Shown piece after piece: positions 61,469-64,000 of a stretch of 64,000 bases of DNA. The DNA comes from Prorocentrum cordatum (Eukaryota): the NCBI GenBank assembly GCA_963575745.1, contig CAUYUJ010000096.1, forward strand, positions 1 to 64,000, read 5' to 3'. The notes beneath the pieces were generated by a model. That model saw only the letters and a list, made by a program, of their open reading frames with translations. It was not told the DNA's origin and did not search any database. Both the position numbers and the translations under genes were made by a program. Within the stretch, counting starts at the first letter, position 1; the number at the start of each line of letters is the position of its first letter.

Positions 61469-64000
61469 TCAACCTTGCTTCCCAAGGGCGATATCCAGCA
61501 GCAGGGAAGCCTTGTCCTCATGGGGGGTGGGCAGCTTCTTGCGGGGGACTTTCGCGAGGATCACCTTGTTCGCCGATCCTGTGGCATGCTTGTCGGTGGC
61601 CAGGGCCTTGGGGATCATGGCGTGGATCTCCTCTCGGGTGCCTGACTGCGGTAGCTTCACCCTCGCGCCGACGACAGACTGGATCCATCCCGGCTCCGAG
61701 CGGGAAAGAGCAGAAGATGGTAGGCGGCTCGGGGGCGCCGGGCGAGCTGGCGGCGTCGGCGGGCACCCATCGGGTGCCAGGGCTTTGCGCAGCTCCTCTG
61801 CCTGGCTGGTGAACGCGGGTTTGAGTGCCGCTGCCGCGTATGCTCCCTGCTTGCGAAGCTCGCGCTCCCGAGCGAGCGTGGCCTTGTCGCGTAGGTGCGG
61901 CGCGTGCTCCTTGTCCCTGGCCTCGAGCTGCTTGCGCGACGTCTCGACCTCGTGCTGCTCGACGCCACGGTTGTCGGAGTGGTCGGAGCGGCGGCCCTTG
62001 TCTCTGCTCGTGCCGCGGCGGTCGCGGTCTCGATCGCGATCGCGGTCGCGGTCCAAGCTGGAGTCACGGCCGTCCCTGCGGTCGCAGCGATCATAGTCTC
62101 CATCTCGGCGGTCATCGCGGTAGTCCCGACGATCGCGGCGGTCGCGGTCGCGGTCCCGATCTTGCTCGTAGTTCTTGTCGAATCCGCGGTGGCCGTTCCA
62201 CGAGTCGTCGCCCCGGCGGCGCTCGTAGCCCTTGCCCATGGTGTCTGCGGTAGGAGAGGTGGAAGCGGAGGCAGAACGAAGGTGGTGTCGCCAAACTCGC
62301 AAGACTGCTCGAACCCTTTGAACAGAAACGCTCCACGGAGCGGCATGCGCAGCAGCAGGGATGAGGTCCATAGGGTACCCCAGCAATAATAACTCGAATG
62401 CCAGTTCGAGAGCCCAGCCCGTCGTGGGCCCAATGGATAGCTTAAGATACTGGGAACGCGCAAACCTGCTAGAGAACAAAGAGACCACCATAGCGAACTT
62501 GCGCGGGAGTCGGCCTGGCCACGTAATGATGTTGGCACCGGGACGGGCTTCCACTTCGCCTGCTTGCCGAGGCCTGTTGAGATTCTTGGGGAAGACCAGG
62601 ATATCGGGGCCAACCGTGCGGATCTCAAGATCAACCCAAATGCGCGGTTCCGTAGGGCCCGCGATTGTGGAACCCGCACTCAGGCGTATATGATATACTT
62701 CTTGTAGGTATACAAGTGTACATGCACGGCCGCAATGTGTACTCATCCCAAGAAAATCATCCACATAACGACATTGGCCTAGAGGGGGCCTATCTTGATC
62801 ACGGAGCCGTCGGAACCCAGCGGCACCCAGCCGAGCCTCATCTCGAAGGGCCTGGAGCTCAAACCAGCACGTAAGCACGGAGAGGGCAGCTCCAGATAGA
62901 ACACTACCTATATGGGGGCCCCTTCATTTCATACATGATGCCACCTAGCGAGGCGAGGGAAATCCAGGAGACCGCCACGAGTGCCTTGTGCACGTCATGC
63001 GCCGAAATCTTGAACCTGCCAGGGGGAGTTGAACCCGTCCAGGGCTTGGTCAGGGGTGTCCGTGCATGCTTGGCGAGGGTGGCATCTACTCCAAAGTCCC
63101 CGAACAATCTCTGACGCCGCGCCCATCCATGCCTGCGACGCTGCCGCTGCACTGCGCTGTTCAAAAGCCTGGTCGGCGTCTGCTACGACCGCGCTGAGCC
63201 CTGAGAGGGGTGTGGCGCAGCGCCCGCAGCGCGTTCCTAAAGCTTGTGGAAGGGGCTCGAGGAGTCGGCGAACCTCATCAGCTGCATGGTTAGTGATAAG
63301 GACCTCCGAACTCACCTTACTCCTGGATAGAAGGTCGCGTGCAGCGCGGCTGATGATCTGAAATCCGCGCGGTCCTGGGACCTGGGGGCAATTTATAACC
63401 CTTCGGAGACAACTGTGAAAAGGGCTTGCCGCGCGTCCGCTCTCCCGATGGGGAGGGGCATTTTCCTTTGACCGTTGGGGGGACATACGGCGGCTTCGCG
63501 TCCGCCGAGGGTGCGGGCGTCAGGCGTGGGGCGCGCGGCCAAGGCGGAAGCGCCGCCGCCGCGCGGCCCCGCATCGACGCGGCAACGTCGTGCGGCGAGA
63601 TGTCGGGCCTGAGGGTCCAGTCGGGGTCCGACATGGCCAGCTGGTGGAGGTGCCTCATCATGTCGTCACCGTCGCACGCCCGCACCTTGTCGCACTCTTT
63701 GTCATCGGCGATGATCGCGCAATCCCCAGCCTCGCCCAGGCTCCTTGATAGATCGTGATCGACCTGCTGCCAGGCTGGTGGTGGGGCAGGTGTCGCGATC
63801 CATCTGTTCGAGATCCACTGCTGTAGATGCCGAAATTACGTCGTAGCACGCGGGGGGGAATGCGCGCCTTGGCCGCCCGCGTGCTCAGCGCCGCCCGCGC
63901 CTCGCGCAATGCCCTGTGCGGGCGGGGCCGCGCCGGTGGCCGCCGGGGGCCGCCCAGGCGGCGTGGGCGCCAAGGGGTTGACGGCGGGCCCTCGGGCGGA
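61469..64000 (-). mobile_element. Decayed non-LTR reverse transcriptase, probably Penelope-like, followed by an R/D-rich region
   Basis: HSCLRRVINC, VVADADQAFEQ, MYEMKGPP, CRYVDDFL, WVDLEI in correct order across frameshifts. Runs off the window end. Confidence 0.6.

Noticed and set aside
60817..61470. Hammerhead ribozyme downstream of the Penelope-like RT
   Set aside because: No CUGANGA...GAAA core with flanking stems found by eye.

Overview
GC-rich, repeat-dense eukaryotic DNA, most likely from a dinoflagellate (inferred from GC/GA-AG introns with AG|G junctions, methyltransferase-carrying retroelements and long trinucleotide tracts). Most of the window is decayed retrotransposons: (i) a + strand Copia-like LTR fragment (~0.1-4.0 kb); (ii) two truncated copies of a large - strand Copia-like family (~4.0-8.55 and ~12.8-21.4 kb) with gag/CCHC, a Tpt1/KptA RNA 2'-phosphotransferase domain, protease, C5-methyltransferase-like domain and integrase, carrying at least 22 copies of a 14-nt hairpin motif; (iii) a decayed DIRS-like element (~30.7-33.8 kb); (iv) a near-complete 13.4-kb tyrosine-recombinase retrotransposon with split direct repeats (47392-60816) and two methyltransferase-like domains; (v) a Penelope-like RT running off the right end. 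One probable host gene can be assembled on the - strand (~23-28.7 kb): an EF-hand plus R-S-E mono-ADP-ribosyltransferase with non-canonical introns. The rest is micro/minisatellite, dispersed repeats and a 100-N gap. No rRNA, tRNA or CRISPR array is supported. All domain calls come from motifs recognised by eye, no searches were run, and element boundaries are approximate unless stated as exact.
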